Shown: piece after piece, positions 27,136 to 42,708 of the stretch
How positions within the stretch are numbered: the first letter of the stretch is position 1
Layout of the letters: each line of letters starts with the position of its first letter
Origin: Eledone cirrhosa
Lineage: Eukaryota
Length of the DNA: 64,000 nt
Assembly: GCA_964016885.1 (NCBI GenBank)
Contig: OZ024742.1
Span: 80,104,001 to 80,168,000 of the forward strand
Direction of reading: 5' to 3'
Made by a program: the position numbers and the translations under genes
The notes under the pieces: model-generated
Told to the model about the DNA's origin: nothing
Seen by the model: only the letters and a program-made list of their open reading frames with translations
The model's database searches: none

Positions 27136-27928
27136 TATATATATCGTTTAACTTCCGCTTTCTCTGCTAGCAAGTGTTTTATGTGTCCACATTGACCAAG
27201 TCGGTACTGGAGAGGTGCTACTGGCCTCTCAGAAAAGCAAAGGGGTGGTCAGCATCTCTCTTAGTTATGGTCTCATGAGTGCACGGGACACATTGTCATA
27301 TCTTTTACACAAATGAAAGGTCCTTCCACCCTATTTTTTGGCATGCTTTATACGAAATGAAACCATTCCCATCTCCAAACACTTCATACCGTGTATTGCG
27401 TGCTTGTATCGTGTGGATCAACTATATTACGGAGGCTATTCTATGTATGCATGTACGTAATAATGTATATATAGATTGTGTATATTGATGCATATATGTA
27501 TATATAGATTGTGTATATTGATGCATATATGTATCTATATATGTATATACATACAGAGAGAGATAAAGTGAGGGAGCGAGTAGGAGACAGAAAGAAATGA
27601 ACATATATAGGTAGACAGATGGATATTATATAGATATATATTAACATCCATATACTATTAATAGGATGTTAGTAATGCTTGCATAGCCTGCGGTCATGCG
27701 TATTAATTCTTGAGTTAGCAAAGATGCGGATCTTTTTCAAAGACCGCGTCGAATTTTCTATATTTAATTCCGATTTTCTTTTTACGCAAAATAGAAATAT
27801 GTCTTTGATACATATTAGTAGTTAATTAAAATATATTCTATATGGCTAGATCAGTGATACATAACTGCCGGTTCTTTAATGACCCCCTAAAATGAAATAT
27901 TTAAGGCTTTAATTTGATAAAGAATAAT

Positions 27929-28105
27929 TGTTTCTACTTTTGGCACAAGACCAGCAATTATCACAGTATATTACTTGTACCTTATTTTATCAACCCCGTA
28001 AGAATGAAAGGCAAATTAACCTCGGCGGGATTTGAAGGGCCGTAATTCTTTACTTGCAAAGCATGGCGTCCGACCCTCTACGATACTGCCAATTCACCGC
28101 TCTTG
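27929..28105 (-). mobile_element. tRNA-derived SINE with 14-bp target-site duplication
   Basis: Reverse homologue of 18403-18583; TGATAAAGAATAAT occurs at 27915-27928 and 28106-28119. Confidence 0.8.
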
Positions 28106-30210
28106 TGATAAAGAATAATGTTGCGCAATACCATCCGTTCGATATCAATCATAGTTATTTCAGACATTAGAACTTAGTTGCCAACAGCAACGTAGGCAAA
28201 TCTCGTGGAACATGTCGACTTGCTACAAATGTTAAACAACTACTCCCCAAATAATTCTCAAACAATTTAGAAAAAAAATTGGAATGCATTAGATAATATA
28301 GTGAATGCATGGAACATAGAACACTCTGCTGAGAATAATAAAATAATAAACTTAATTGTAAATTTTACAAAGCTCTCGTTCGTATGTTTTACCAATTAGT
28401 GCGTAATTTGGCCGAAAAAACACAAACAACAACAACAATATCGGCATCATCTAGACAATTAATCCATGGGGAAATCCATTAAGCTTTACCTCCTCTCATT
28501 AAAATTTCGTTAAAAATTATTATTGCTAAATATTCATTAGATTATTTTGTCTTACATGCATACTATTTCAACGAAGTGTTAAACGTTGTTTGACAATTGG
28601 ATTGAACATCATTTAATCATTCGTTTCCTTGGTCTTGATAAAGACCACCACCAACAACACAGCACCACACTACCATTTCAATCACCAGTGTCACCCATAT
28701 ACACCTTCAATGAAAATGTAATAATAGAGTATCTTGTGACTATCGGCTACCTATTAATTAGCTTTATTTCGAATGATGATTACGGCTTCATTTTATTGCT
28801 GACAATTAATTTTGAAACGTCCGTCATTATTGGCTTTGGCTTCATTAACAGAGACGTTATCGGCTCTCAAAGTGTCATTGAGTTTCCACTGAATATACTA
28901 TGTCAACGAACGTGTGGGAAGGTTGGATTTTTCAATTAAATATATTAGCATCGCTGTTTGGATTCAATATTTTATGAAGTATTCATTTAGTTATATCGCT
29001 ATTGATTTTCAAAGAAATATCGTCTTTCACTTACATTTAAATATCAATAAATATGTGCTGTTGTTACTTGCTGTTGGTATTGTTGTTTGAAGTGACTATC
29101 CTTGTTGTTGTTAGGCAAGAGGTCAGCTTTGCATGTGGAAGCCTCTGCTCAAATTCAATTCGGACATGACTTTCGTTTACATAAACATTTCCATACAAAA
29201 GGCCCCTTTATATAGAGTGTCAATCGCGATATATTTCGCTGTTAATACTAGCAAGCTGAGCTACGAAATAAAGGATCCATTGTTTGCTATAAAAGTACTT
29301 GGTTGTAGTTTAGCCACAGTTATCGAACACTCTTATGCGAAACATCCCTGCCATCCTGTAGGATATGCAATGAGAACTTTGGATCAAACTAACCACAACG
29401 TTTTAAAACTGAAAGTTATGTTCTGCGGAGTTTTTGCCAGCTATTTTTAGCAACTGGATCCAAAAGATAACCGCTCTCATCTGACATTATATATGTTATC
29501 TTCATGGTACTGTTTGGGTCTTGTTGGGGTCTCTGTTGCTATTTGGCAAACATTCGGCTCTTATGAAGCAGACCTATCCTCAAAAGCACTTTGACTCCAA
29601 ATCGTGATTACCCTCACAGTGGTCTCATTTCAAATGCCTTTGCGGAAAAAAATAGCGTGCATCTAGCTGAGCATTCAGCAAACACATCTAACCTTACCGT
29701 AGTTCTCAGGGAGTTTCAGCGTGTCACACGATGTGTTAAGGCTATATCATCAAATATAAGTTACACCACATTTTATTCAACTGAGTGGACTAGGGCGACT
29801 AAAATGATTACTGTTTCTCGACCATTCAGAAATAATTAGTTTAGGTATGCTCATGATTTCTCTATTCTTAGCAAACAAAACTAATCCCATTACGTCAATC
29901 ATCCATACATACCAACCCACACACACATTAACAAATAGTTACTTTCCAAAGTATTTTCAGTTAAAGAGTTTGATATAAATTTTGCTTTTTATACCTTGTG
30001 GAATTAAGACGAAGCCATTTAAATGTTTGAAATCATTATTATTATTTTGTCTCTCGCCGAATTACCTCCATTTCTTAAAAACTGTTGTTTCCCGTCATTT
30101 AAATATATTCTTTATTTCTCTACATTTACTTATTTATAGTTTAATTATAATAATTTTCTTTCTGATCTTCATTTCTCTTTCCTCGTTATCCTCCATCCAC
30201 CCTTCTCTAC

Positions 30211-30270
30211 CACCTCCTCCTCCTCCTCCTCCTCCTCCTCATCCTACTACTACTACTACTACTACTACTA

Positions 30271-30302
<32 letters not shown>

Positions 30303-30317
30303 ACTACTATTACTACA

Positions 30318-30369
<52 letters not shown>
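30211..30369. repeat. Compound trinucleotide microsatellite (CCT)n(CTA)n(CTG)n(CTA)n
   Basis: Directly visible in the sequence. Confidence 0.95.
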
Positions 30370-32157
30370 AAATTGCTGAAATTGCTGCTATGTGTGCGTT
30401 CCTGACCTCCAACTCAATATAACCTTAACGCTAACCTTCCCTTTTGTCAAACTCAACGTTTTGTAGCTACATTAATTTGTACATTCTTCTATGAGTACAT
30501 ACAAGAATTAATTATTCTATAACCAGCCAATAATTAATTATTTATTTATTCGCTTGTTTTAGACAATTGCTCTTTGATTTATTAAAGGGTTGAAATTAGA
30601 ACATGTTAATGAAACACTTGCGCTTTAATCATAGATGCAAAGTCGGCTGCTGTCTTGATTCTACATGTTCAGGCGTGACTTTTAGATAAATGTCCCAAAT
30701 GTAATTAAAGTTAGGGCCTTCATTGGTACATACATGTCCACATATTTCAGAATATCGGGTGTAATAGAATAATCAACGAACCAGAATGTAATTAAGATTA
30801 TTGTATTCATTAAACTTATTTCAGTCTAATGGAATTAGAAATTTATTTCTTAAGGACTGTTCATAAAGAAATTATTTTAAAAAAATCAGCTTTCTAAAAA
30901 TGAATAAATGTTCGGTGTATATAATTTTTTTAATTAATTACACATGCAGTGTCTGTTAACAATTTAAAAACATTACCCTAATATAGGTAATGAAATGGTG
31001 TTGTGATTATAGCACTGCTCGAACACGGCCAAACAGGAGCTAATTAGCAACAAGACAATAATAACAGACCCACTTACTTTGGTAAAATTAATATTAATCT
31101 TATTTCTTTTTGCAATATAAATTCAATCCTGAAAATAAGCTGGAGTTTACTATGTATGCTTAATAAGTTCTGAAATTCTTTGTAAAGCCAACATTTCCTA
31201 AAATAGGTTTATAATGTCTCTCCTGTATCTTTATCTATTATTCAAAGAAGGTGAGGGAGGAAAGTAAAGCAGATATAAATATATTTGAGGCAACAGTAGC
31301 AATCATAACTTAGAGCTCTTCAAAATATGATACAATTACCTGATGATATACATACACATTTGTCGACATATTCTTCATCACTTTTGTTGATCAGAAACAG
31401 AGTAATACTTATATTCTTCCCATGTACGCATTATACATATCTAACTTATTTAAACAGAAATTATATTTTCTTATTAAATATTAAATGTATATTCCAGCAT
31501 AACTATTTGAAACAAAGTTAGTTTCATATTTCATTCTTCAAAGTGTCTGTTTTCATTATATAGACTATTATAATAAACAACCCAGACAACACAAATAGAC
31601 CAAGCGACCAACTAGGGTACATTAAGCAAACGTAAGAATTATTAAATACATAAATAACACACACAAATCCGGATACGACGCCTGCGCAGCCAAAGTACAC
31701 ATCACACAGCTCATGGTTCACAGAAATAAGATGCTGTAGGGCCGACAAAGAAATGACAATAAAAATCAAATTATTCACTGAAGAAGTCTCAGAATGTTTG
31801 TCGAAAAATATTTGACAATGAGCAGATAAACAACAATCCGGTTGGTCTGGGCAATTATAATAACGTATTCGTAGCATGACTATCCCATAATATAACAATA
31901 TATGTTTTAACACTTTTTCAGATAAGAAAACTTGCAAAACAAATACAAAATCGAAGTATATATATAAATACTTATACATTCGAGGATCAGCTGAAAAGTT
32001 CATAGTCTGACAAAGAGATTTATTTTTCAAAATAGTTCCTGTAAAGACACAATGATAGTTGAAATTAAAAGATAGTTGAAATTAATGCATGCCAGATTTC
32101 ATTGCTCTTCAACCATTAATTCATAGTGAGCATATGAACTTTTCAGCCTATACTCGC

Positions 32158-32193
<36 letters not shown>

Positions 32194-33960
32194 ACAATAC
32201 TGACATATACAGGTACTTATGTTTCGCTGGTTTATACATAACAATTCATTCAGCCTGTTATATAGAATAAAAATAGCTACCTCTACAGGTTGATTTGAGG
32301 TTTTTAGAAAATATTGAAGAGTTCTTCAAGGGCAGGTCGTTTTGTATTTATAAATAAATAAACAAAATGTTTAGATGGTGTAAAGGGAGGTAACTATAAC
32401 AATCCAGAATATTGGGGAACTTCAGCAATGTTAGTTATTCAAAGAAATTAAATTACTTAAAATTAAAATTACTCAGTCTGGTCTATACCATTGACTTAGA
32501 ATGAATATCATTCATGTGGACAGCGGCTGAAGTTATCAAGGAGGATATTTAAGCAGCGTTTCTCTGAAGACATTTGTGAGAGTATATTCCACTTTTCCGA
32601 GTTACTTGGCCGGCAAAGATTCGGTCCATTAACATAGGGGTTGGGCTTTTCTAATATAATCTATTTAATGGGGAACACGTGTGTCGTCATTTTTAACGAT
32701 TGCAAGTAAAATAGTTGTGGAGGTTCCTTAGAGAATCTGACACCGATGCTTCCGTCACTGCAAGGTCTCAAGAGAATAAGAGACAGAGAGAGCGAGAAAA
32801 AAAAAGAAAAATAGAGAGGGAAACAGCAGTAGCGTTAGGCAAAGAAGAAAGAGGAGAGTTAATATGTAAGGAAAGAATAATTAACGAAAGTAATAATTTA
32901 GTTTCTTTAACTTCCCATCCCCAATTTATCAAACGCAGCTTAATAACTTTTTCTTTTCTTTCTCCATCCAATCCCCATCTCTCTTTTTCATTTCTTTCAC
33001 CCATTCCTTCTCACTTCTTTTGTTCTCTTTCTGTCTCTATCGTCTTTACTCTCTTTCTCTTTATCACTCTCTCTCTCTCATCGCCTCAAAATGCATGTCT
33101 TCTTTCGATATTCATAAAAAAAAAATGAATTTAAATAATTTCCTTGCTTTGCAAAGTAAACATTTTGTTAGCATAATCCTTCCAAGGGTCTAATGAAAAT
33201 GTAATTTTGAAGGGTTCCGTCAGCTAGTTGGTGAGTTTTATGCGGACACACATAATTGAAAATTTACATTTATATATATATATATATATATATACATGTT
33301 AATATAAATTAATATATTTGATAAACACAAATACCAACATATTCATGTTTGTATTGTAAATGACCAAGTTAGCTAGATTGAAATATACTAATAATAATAT
33401 TACAGTTTGCCTGTCTTGATTTAAGATAATAAATCAACAAAAACAAATCGTATTGTGCTTGGACAAATTTAAATTTCAAAATCAAACCTGTTCCGTATAC
33501 AGGTTTAAACCTTAAAATCCAAATATGTTTCGAATAATGAAAAAGTGGAAGAAATACCGCATTTTGATCTCCTCGGCAAGCACTATAAAAATTGGTATGT
33601 TCCACTTCAAAATATTTAGAAAGACTGTTTAACGCACGAGGTAATTTCACGCGGTTATCCAGTGTCTAGCTAGTCACGTACTCGTGCTGCTAGAAATAAC
33701 AGCCGTTTCTATGGGGCTAAATTCAGCTCACCGAAGGAGCAGTGATAAATCAATAATAATGAGTTCAAAACTCAGGTAGTCATTTACAATGAAATAGCTC
33801 AAAGAAAGAGTATTTCTGAGCCGTGTAATACATGTTAATATAAATTAATATATTTGATAAACACAAATACCAACATATTCATATATATATATATAGATAT
33901 AAATAGATAGAAACGTGTTCTAGACTCTTGTGGAACACCAAAGTATCACAGTGACTTTCA

Positions 33961-34096
<136 letters not shown>

Positions 34097-34724
34097 AGTG
34101 CATGTCTCTTTACTGCCCACAGAAGCAAACATACACAATCTCTCTTCGTCAAAAATATTAGAAGTATGAATTCGCTTTCCTTTGTTTTGGACTTACAAAG
34201 CGTAATATTTCACGGAGAGAGAAAAAGAAAGAGAGAGAGAGATAGAGAGAAACAAAGAGAGGGTGAGAGAGAGAAGACCGTGAACGTTGCCTCTTCCTCT
34301 TTCTCTTTCTCTTGTAATACTTACTTTCAATCCCCAGCTATTCTCTCACTTCTCTGATCACTGCTACAATAGCATAGCCTTGACTCACTCATACACATAT
34401 ACACGAACCCACGATTCTTCACTGACACACACACATAAACGCACGTATCTTTACTGACGCACGTGTATATGCATACAGAATCAAACATACAACATCTCTC
34501 TCCCGCTATCACCTCTCTCTTCGTGTAGGTGCTTTTTCAATATTTTCTACTCCGCTACACATTTGTTTTCTCCCTCTCTGTGTCTCTCTCATTCTGCGTT
34601 TCTCTCTTTCTCACACATCTCACGATGTCTTTTTATTACTTTCTCTCTCTCTTTCTTATCCTCGCCGTCACTAATTCGCATTGTGGAACAGATATCTAAA
34701 TACACAAATATCTACATAGTTCTA

Positions 34725-34952
34725 TCTATATAGTAGAAAAACTCTGTGATCGTGTGTTTGTCTTTCAGCCAAAACGGCGCATAATGAGAAAATACTTTGA
34801 AAAGAGGTTGTCCCTGAAATGGGAATACAAATGGAATAAAACAAGTTTCGTGTAGATCAGAGCACTGGATCCCGGGAAAGATATAGTGGTTGTGATAGAG
34901 TAGATTGAAAGTGAGACAGGAGACAGTGGAGGAAAATGCAAGAGTGAGAGAT

Positions 34953-34996
<44 letters not shown>

Positions 34997-35712
34997 GGGG
35001 TGTTGTTGAATGAAATTATATGTGTGTGTCCGTGATCAATGTATACGGACGCACACATATATATCTACACACACACACACACATATATATATATGTATGT
35101 ATACACACACACATATATATATATATCTATATATAATTATATATATATACATATATATGTATGTATACACACACACATATATATATATATCTATTTATAT
35201 ATATATACAGACATAAATCATTTATATGTGGGTCTTCTAATTTAATTTTATATTATATACATGTCTTTGTATATTTTAATTATTCAAAATTTATTTCAAA
35301 GTGAATATGACTTTTAAAATATATTTTTATGTGAACGTGACCCAACGGTCACGGATGGTCTAGAATATTACTAAGGTATCTGTGATTGTGTGCTTGTCTG
35401 TAATCTAAAACCGCCAGAAACGGCGCATAATGGGAGAACACTTGAAATGTGAATACAAATGGAATCAAACAAGTTAGGCGTACATCAGAGCACTGCTTCC
35501 CGAGATACGGTGTCTTTCCGAGTACCTTCATAAATAGAGAGATAGAATCGAGAGAAAATGTTAGTAGCTGTGAGAGAGCAGAGCGAAAATTTCATTTTAG
35601 ATTATATAGATATTTGTATATATTTTAGTTATCTAAAAATTATTTTAGTGAACATGATTGAAAAAAAATATTTTTTAAGCGGACGTGATCCAACGGGTCA
35701 CGAGTGGTCCAG
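34725..35712 (+). mobile_element. Two tandem non-autonomous Helitron copies
   Basis: Start A|TCTATATAG at 34725; CGTGAC-ccaacg-GTCACG hairpin then CTAG (35360-35363). A second homologous unit (TGTGAT.GTGTG.TTGTCT..AAACGGCGCATAATG) ends CGTGATCCAACGGGTCACG..CCAG|T at 35712. Confidence 0.7.
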
Positions 35713-36171
35713 TTACATCTATTACCGTATAAATGGCTGAATATACCAGAAACATATGAACAGAACCCAATTTTTAAGCCGAATTATCTTGCGAAGATCG
35801 ACATCATATCTTGTAGTGTGTGATGAAAAACAACATTCATAATAATAATAACATGCAAAAAAGTGCCAACAATTAATTAAAGAATTGTTTAAAATCCGCG
35901 GAGAGAATTTCTACACTCATAAAATGTGTGTATATATGCAACTTTGTCTATGTATATAAACAAATAACCCATAGTCTTTGCTGGAGAGTGAGTATATATA
36001 TATAATTACATATTCTTATGTATACAGACACTTTTGTATATATTATTTACATTCGAATTTTTATATAAAACTGTATTTACACTTGAATTATTACCGTTGT
36101 CATATATTATTTACATTCAAGTAAATTCTTTCACTGAAACAAATGTTTAAATTGCACTTGTCGAATGCTAA

Positions 36172-37297
36172 TCTATATATTAATTTCAACAATGTCAGTA
36201 TTCCGTGTGTCATAATTCTCTAATATCATTGGTTCATACGTTTCAAACGACTCCGTCCACCTCAACGACGCCAAACTTAAATTAATATGCATAATGCCAA
36301 TGAGGGAGTAAGAGGGGAGAGTAAGCAACAGAGAGGCAAAGTGAACGCTGTAACTATTACCATGTATGCGTGTGTATGTACGTGCGCGTTTGTTTATGTG
36401 TGTGTGCGTGCGTGAACGTTCCACAGAAAGTAAAAACTACAACATATGTGAGTGTCGGCGTGTGTGTAAGTGCACGGGTACGTGTGTAAGTTTGCGTGCG
36501 TGTGCGCGTTAACGTGCGTGTATATGTGTGTACGTGCCGCGTACCACAATCGCCACTCAGTTTATCTGTCTGTGTGCCTGTCTGTCAGTCTAACATACAC
36601 AGAGTTGTGGAGGGAGTAAATAGGGACCTTTTTTCTACATTGACAGACATCTTTTATATTTATTATTGTGTCATTTTTTGACAATTGCTGGAAATGAATA
36701 CTGATAATAAAAGCAATTCCACTTTATCAAACAGTGAACTACAGCGGCGACGGCGTGCAGCCAGGAATGAAGAAAAACGGGCCGAACAGCGCCATCGGAA
36801 CGCCGAACTTCAGAGGCGAAGACCTGCCATCATTAATCAAGAGGAGCTGGCTAAACAATGCCAACGAAATATTGGAGCCAAGCAGCGACGGTGTGCTGCG
36901 ATGGTTGAAGACGACTGGCTGAGCATCATCTTTTATATTAATTATCTATATCTATATCTACATATAAAGATTGGAACTTTCATCATCCTTTTGAGAAACG
37001 TGGAACACCCACGTCTATGCAATGATACACGTTTTACAGTCAGGCAGAATATGAACCATCTCCTAGAGGTCATTATTCTAGGTGGGAGCACCTAGAATTG
37101 TTCATATACTATGCACAAACGGTACAACGAAGAATCTGGTATATCTTGAAGATTTTTTAAACTATTTTTTGTATCACACAGACATCACGGACTCACGTTA
37201 TACTGTAACCAGACAAACATCCAATACAGTCATTTTCTCTTTTACCTGTCTTCTCTTATCATCTGTTTACCCGAGTGAAGCTGGGTACGTCAGCTAG
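36172..37297 (+). mobile_element. Non-autonomous Helitron deletion derivative with RepHel remnants
   Basis: Start A|TCTATATAT; ACCCG..TGGGT hairpin and CTAG|T end. ORF 36685-37095 has R/E-rich N-terminal repeats plus HIKIGTFIILLRNVEHPRLCNDTRFTV (PIF1), followed by NGTTKNLVYLE (RepHel C-terminus-like). Confidence 0.85.
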
Positions 37298-38352
37298 TAC
37301 AAAATTATTTCAATGCAGCTACTACTCGAAAGTGGACTGACGAACGGTTGAATGGATGTGAAACCGATATTATTATTAAAGATATAATACTGAAAAGTGT
37401 AGTAGGCCTAGCATGTGCCCTCATTCATAGACACTCATACACAAATGCAATGACTGAAACGCAATATAGGTGACGTGCTAACAGTCTCACTCAAACTAGA
37501 GACCAAAGCAAATTCGACATAATTTACTGATGGATTTGTTTTTTAAGTTTGTTTTAGTAGAATTTGCACAGCTAATATCAGTTCCTTAGAATCTCCAAGA
37601 AATATAGAAAACGAGAATACCAAAAATAAGAAAAAGGAAAAGGAAAAACATAACAGTAAAGAAAAAGAAATCTTGAAATCAAAGGAGCTGTGTTGATTAG
37701 AATGATTGATATCCAATTTCGAGTGTCAACGTCCAGTATTTGAAATAACTGATAATGAAAATATATGGCATGAGAACGTATTTCAATAACCATTGATTTC
37801 TAGATAAAAAAATAAAATTAGCAAACATCACTTCAAATTGTTTGGAAAATATGATTAATTGTTATTGCAAAGACTAACGCGAGTTTTGAATAATTACAAC
37901 TTGATCAAAGACCGAAAGATAGTTTTTTCAGATTATAGTGATGTAAGATTATTTTTTAAGATACCTGTATCTGCAGGTTGTGATAATTATTAACGGCTGC
38001 AATAGAACTATTAGGAATAGGAACAACGATATTATGTGATACGAATAGGATATATAATCACATTATATATACATTTGCGTGACGTGAAAACCATTTTCAA
38101 AATATTCATCTATCTCCAAGTATTTTCATGGTATATCAGGGTCGTTTGAATAGGACATAGGCTGACCAAATATTCTCATGAAAGAAACAATGCAGTTATT
38201 AATAAGAAAAGTTGAAATTAATGCATGGAAAATTTCGCAGCTCTAGCTTCACAATCAAACTATCGACTTTTCAGCCGACTTGTATTTCAATATTTGATTC
38301 CAATTAACTCCAGTTTAAAGAGAAATCGTCAAGGCGTTTTCCCTACAGCAAC

Positions 38353-38715
38353 AATAATAATTGTTTCTACTTTTGGACTTTTGGCACAAAGCCAGCAATC
38401 AAACCAGTGCATTACTGGTACTTTATTTTATCGACCCCGTAAGGATGAAAAGCAAAGTTAACCTTGGCCGGATTTGAACTCAGATCGTAAAGGCCCGTAA
38501 CTCCAATGGTTTCTGGTTTAGGTACACAGTCAACAACATTGGGAAAGTCAATTAAATCGAACCCAGTCCGTTACTGGTGTTATATTTTATCGGCCCTCTT
38601 AGGATGAAAGGCAAATCTACCCTCGGTATGATTTGAACTCACAACGAAAAAGGATATAACTCTGTGCCAAATAACGTGGTAACAGGCACTCTGCCGATAC
38701 TGCCAATCCACCGTC
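38353..38715 (-). mobile_element. Two adjacent partial copies of the tRNA-derived SINE
   Basis: TTTTATCG.CCC..TAAG/TAGGATGAAA.GCAAA...GATTTGAACTC occurs twice, then GATACTGCCAATCCACCG. Confidence 0.75.
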
Positions 38716-39429
38716 TACAATAATTATAGCCACAACAATAACAACAAAGTATTTCTAACAAGGATGCTTTTATATGGCCGCCTGAATACTAACATATAAC
38801 TATCAAATCACTCATAGAAAGAAATGCTTTTGAGGACAAGGTTATCCTCAAGGTTATCCTTGTATATGCCTGTAAACATGACAACTTTAATCATTCAGTG
38901 TTAATACCATAAATAATACGTCCCAAGGTTGAGAAACAAGTGTAACCATCACACACTTATATTATGACACCTTTGATTATTTCGCTGAAGGTCATCTTTC
39001 GTGTTGTCTTGTTACGTCGATGAAATGAATGTCGTCCTTTTCCAAACTGATATGGCAAATTAGCATCTTGTTCATAATTTAAGTAACCGTAGTATTCGAT
39101 GTTACTTTCGTTAAAAATATTTCACAGCAACAATATTGCTGGTAGTTGTCTTTCAAATGAACCGTATCATTCCTGCAATTATAATGGATATTAAATAAGT
39201 CATGGGGTGTTTTATTTTATTTTCTATCGCATTAGATGAAAGACAGTCTGGTATATAAGGGTCGAAATACAGGTGCAACCTATCTATAATGTTGAGTGTG
39301 TCGAGAATTAGGGACGGAATAAATATCAAGTAGTTTATTTACATTAGAAATCATCAGTTTTCCCCTTTATACTTCAACCATTATACCTGTGTATGTATAT
39401 TTATATATATATATATTTATATATATAAA

Positions 39430-39720
39430 TCAAGTAATTCCGTCGGAAAGGACCGAGAAAAAAGAGTGCTCTATATAGTTTACAGAGCTTATTAGTTATG
39501 TAATAAACAACATAAGATAATTATTTCATTTACCAGTGGTTTCTTGAAAGCAAACAAAATTTGCTTTCAGGCATCAGAGTGAAACAATCCTGGTGTATTT
39601 ATTGACAGTGGATTTTAAAACCAAAAATATAATCTATATGGAAGTGAGGCTGGTAAGGAAAAGGGAAAGGAAAAAGAATAAATATAAAAGTAGATAAACA
39701 CACATGCACACACACACGCA
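39430..39720 (-). mobile_element. Mini-element of the CCACTGG hammerhead family (motif 39524-39584, core CTGATGC)
   Basis: Homologous to 19485-19650 and reverse-complementary to 46190-46400. Confidence 0.75.
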
Positions 39721-39921
39721 CACATATATATATATATATACACACATATATATATATATATATCCATACATACACATACACATAAATAGACAAACACACA
39801 CACACACATATATATATATACATATATACACACACATAATCATACATATATACACACGTACATACACACACATTTACACATGCACATACATACATATAAA
39901 TACACACACACACACACACAT

Positions 39922-39956
<35 letters not shown>

Positions 39957-40074
39957 CACACACATATTTATATATATATATATTAGAAAATAGAATAGCT
40001 TACACCGTATTTTTTACTTAAGAAAGTTTAGTCTGATAATGGGGTTTAGAACCCTCAGATAAATGGAAAAAGAT

Positions 40075-40147
40075 GAGTATTGACGTACATGGGATCGAAC
40101 CCGAATATTTGGTTATCCAGACCACTGTGCTACGATTACAGCAACAC
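40075..40147 (-). other. tRNA-like SINE head remnant
   Basis: Minus strand: GTAGCACAGTGGTC...GGGTTCGATCCC (A and B boxes); no complete cloverleaf. Confidence 0.35.
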
Positions 40148-40149
40148 AA

Positions 40150-40750
<601 letters not shown>

Positions 40751-40841
40751 TATATATATATATATAAGAAAATACATACATATTATATATACAGAACACA
40801 TTAAATATTTACCTACTCCTCCCCCTAAAACTAATCACAAT

Positions 40842-41480
40842 AGGAAAAGGAAAATTATTTGGTTTACACCACCCTTCTCTCTAACTGTCAAAACAAATGT
40901 AGGAAGGACATTCTTTGACCTCTCAGACAAACATTTCCCCACTAATCATAGATAATATAAGATATTTAATAGAAATGTAGTTAAAATCAGTTACTCTTGC
41001 TGCCCATCAATGAGGTCTAAAATCGCCAATTCTAAATCGTACGAGAATAAATCCAGGATGAATTTGCGGGAAGCCGGATGAATGCCCATTACAGGGCAAA
41101 TGTAATCCCAAATCCGTTGTATATGAGGACAAAGTGACACCTTTGATTAACAACCAGCCAGCCAGGAGTGAACGATATGTTGGCATGACTCAAGACAGGT
41201 TCAAAACCAGGTTTTAAGCACATGTAGATTCTTTTAAACACTTTGATAAAAGAACAGCAACGGCTCTCGCAAATAAGGTGTGGGAATTCTAAGATAAAAA
41301 CATCTCGTACTCTATCGATTGATCTACTTTAGACCATTCGAGAGAATACCAAGGGGACAAGGAGAATTGTTCTTTGTGTACCGCTGAAAAATTTTGAATT
41401 CTACAAAACATGAAAGCCACTTCAACTTGCTTGAACTCCAAGACCGAGAACTTCAGATGTTGTCCTCACCTGAAATAACA
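40842..41480 (+). pseudogene. PLE thumb/linker + GIY-YIG endonuclease fragment
   Basis: RKRKIIWFTPPFSLTVKTNVGRTF..KHFP..KIFNRNVVKISYSC, CPLQGKCNPKSVVY, RYVGMTQDRFKTRF*AHVDSFK, TALANKVW, CSLCTAEK, LNSKTE...CPH. Confidence 0.88.
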
Positions 41481-42008
41481 TCTGCTCTGTAACTGGATTG
41501 ACATTCATACGATGACTCAAACACCTTGAGCTTCTCTGCTCTTTACGCCTTATATCCACTACGATTTTTATTACTCTCTGAACTCACTTTCTGTACCCTT
41601 ATATTCTTTTTATCCCGTATCTCCCCCTCTATTTAAACTTTTCCTATGGTATTTATTTTCCTTATTCCCCGCTACTTTCTACCTTACCCTTTACATACCC
41701 ACCTTTTTTATTTATAGATATTTATTTCTGTGTGTATGTATGTGCTGTGTATATGTGTATATATGTATCTAAATGTATATATATATGTGTATATAATTAT
41801 ATATATATCTGTATGTATATGTATGTATATATATATGTGTGTGTGTGTGTTTATATGTGTGTGTGTATTTTTATTATCGTAGTAACGTAACTGTTTGTAT
41901 ATATGAGTGTGTGTATATTAGTGTGTGTGTATATGTGTATTTATATATATATATATATATATAATAGCCGTCGAAACGGCTTGCGCTCTGCCGTCGGGGT
42001 CATAAAAT

Positions 42009-42057
<49 letters not shown>

Positions 42058-42296
42058 TTGTATTGTCGTGTGTGTGTATATATTTTTGTATGTATATGCA
42101 TAAGTACATACAGAGTGATTTAATGTTTATGTTCATTGATTATTTGCTCCAGGAACTTGTTGAGTGCTCTAAAACAGCTATACACATTTATACCTTTATC
42201 TATTTATTTATTTATTTATTATTCGTCGTATTCCCAACTATTAGTTTACACCTTCCACCTTTTTATTTTGATATATATATAATATTTATGTATTTA

Positions 42297-42431
<135 letters not shown>

Positions 42432-42492
42432 GTATATATGTATAATATTAATTCAAAATATTAACAAAATAGATATTCTCGTGATCAATTCT

Positions 42493-42560
42493 ATTTTATT
42501 ATACATATTTCAGAGGTACTGAGATAAGTTCCACAGTACGTCTCATCAGATAAAATAAAA
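42493..42560 (-). ncRNA. Hammerhead motif (TATG stem-III family)
   Basis: Minus strand: ttttat CTGATGA gac GTACTG tggaacttatct CAGTAC ctct GAAA TATG TA taataaaa. Confidence 0.6.
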
Positions 42561-42644
42561 TGATTCATGACATACCCTGACATAATAGATGGTTAAGATT
42601 CAGTCATTCTTCGATGTATTCACTGAACCTTGTTTAACTTTTAA

Positions 42645-42708
<64 letters not shown>

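Noticed and set aside
40075-40147. Functional tRNA gene
   Set aside because: Only A/B-box remnants are present, with no complete cloverleaf.
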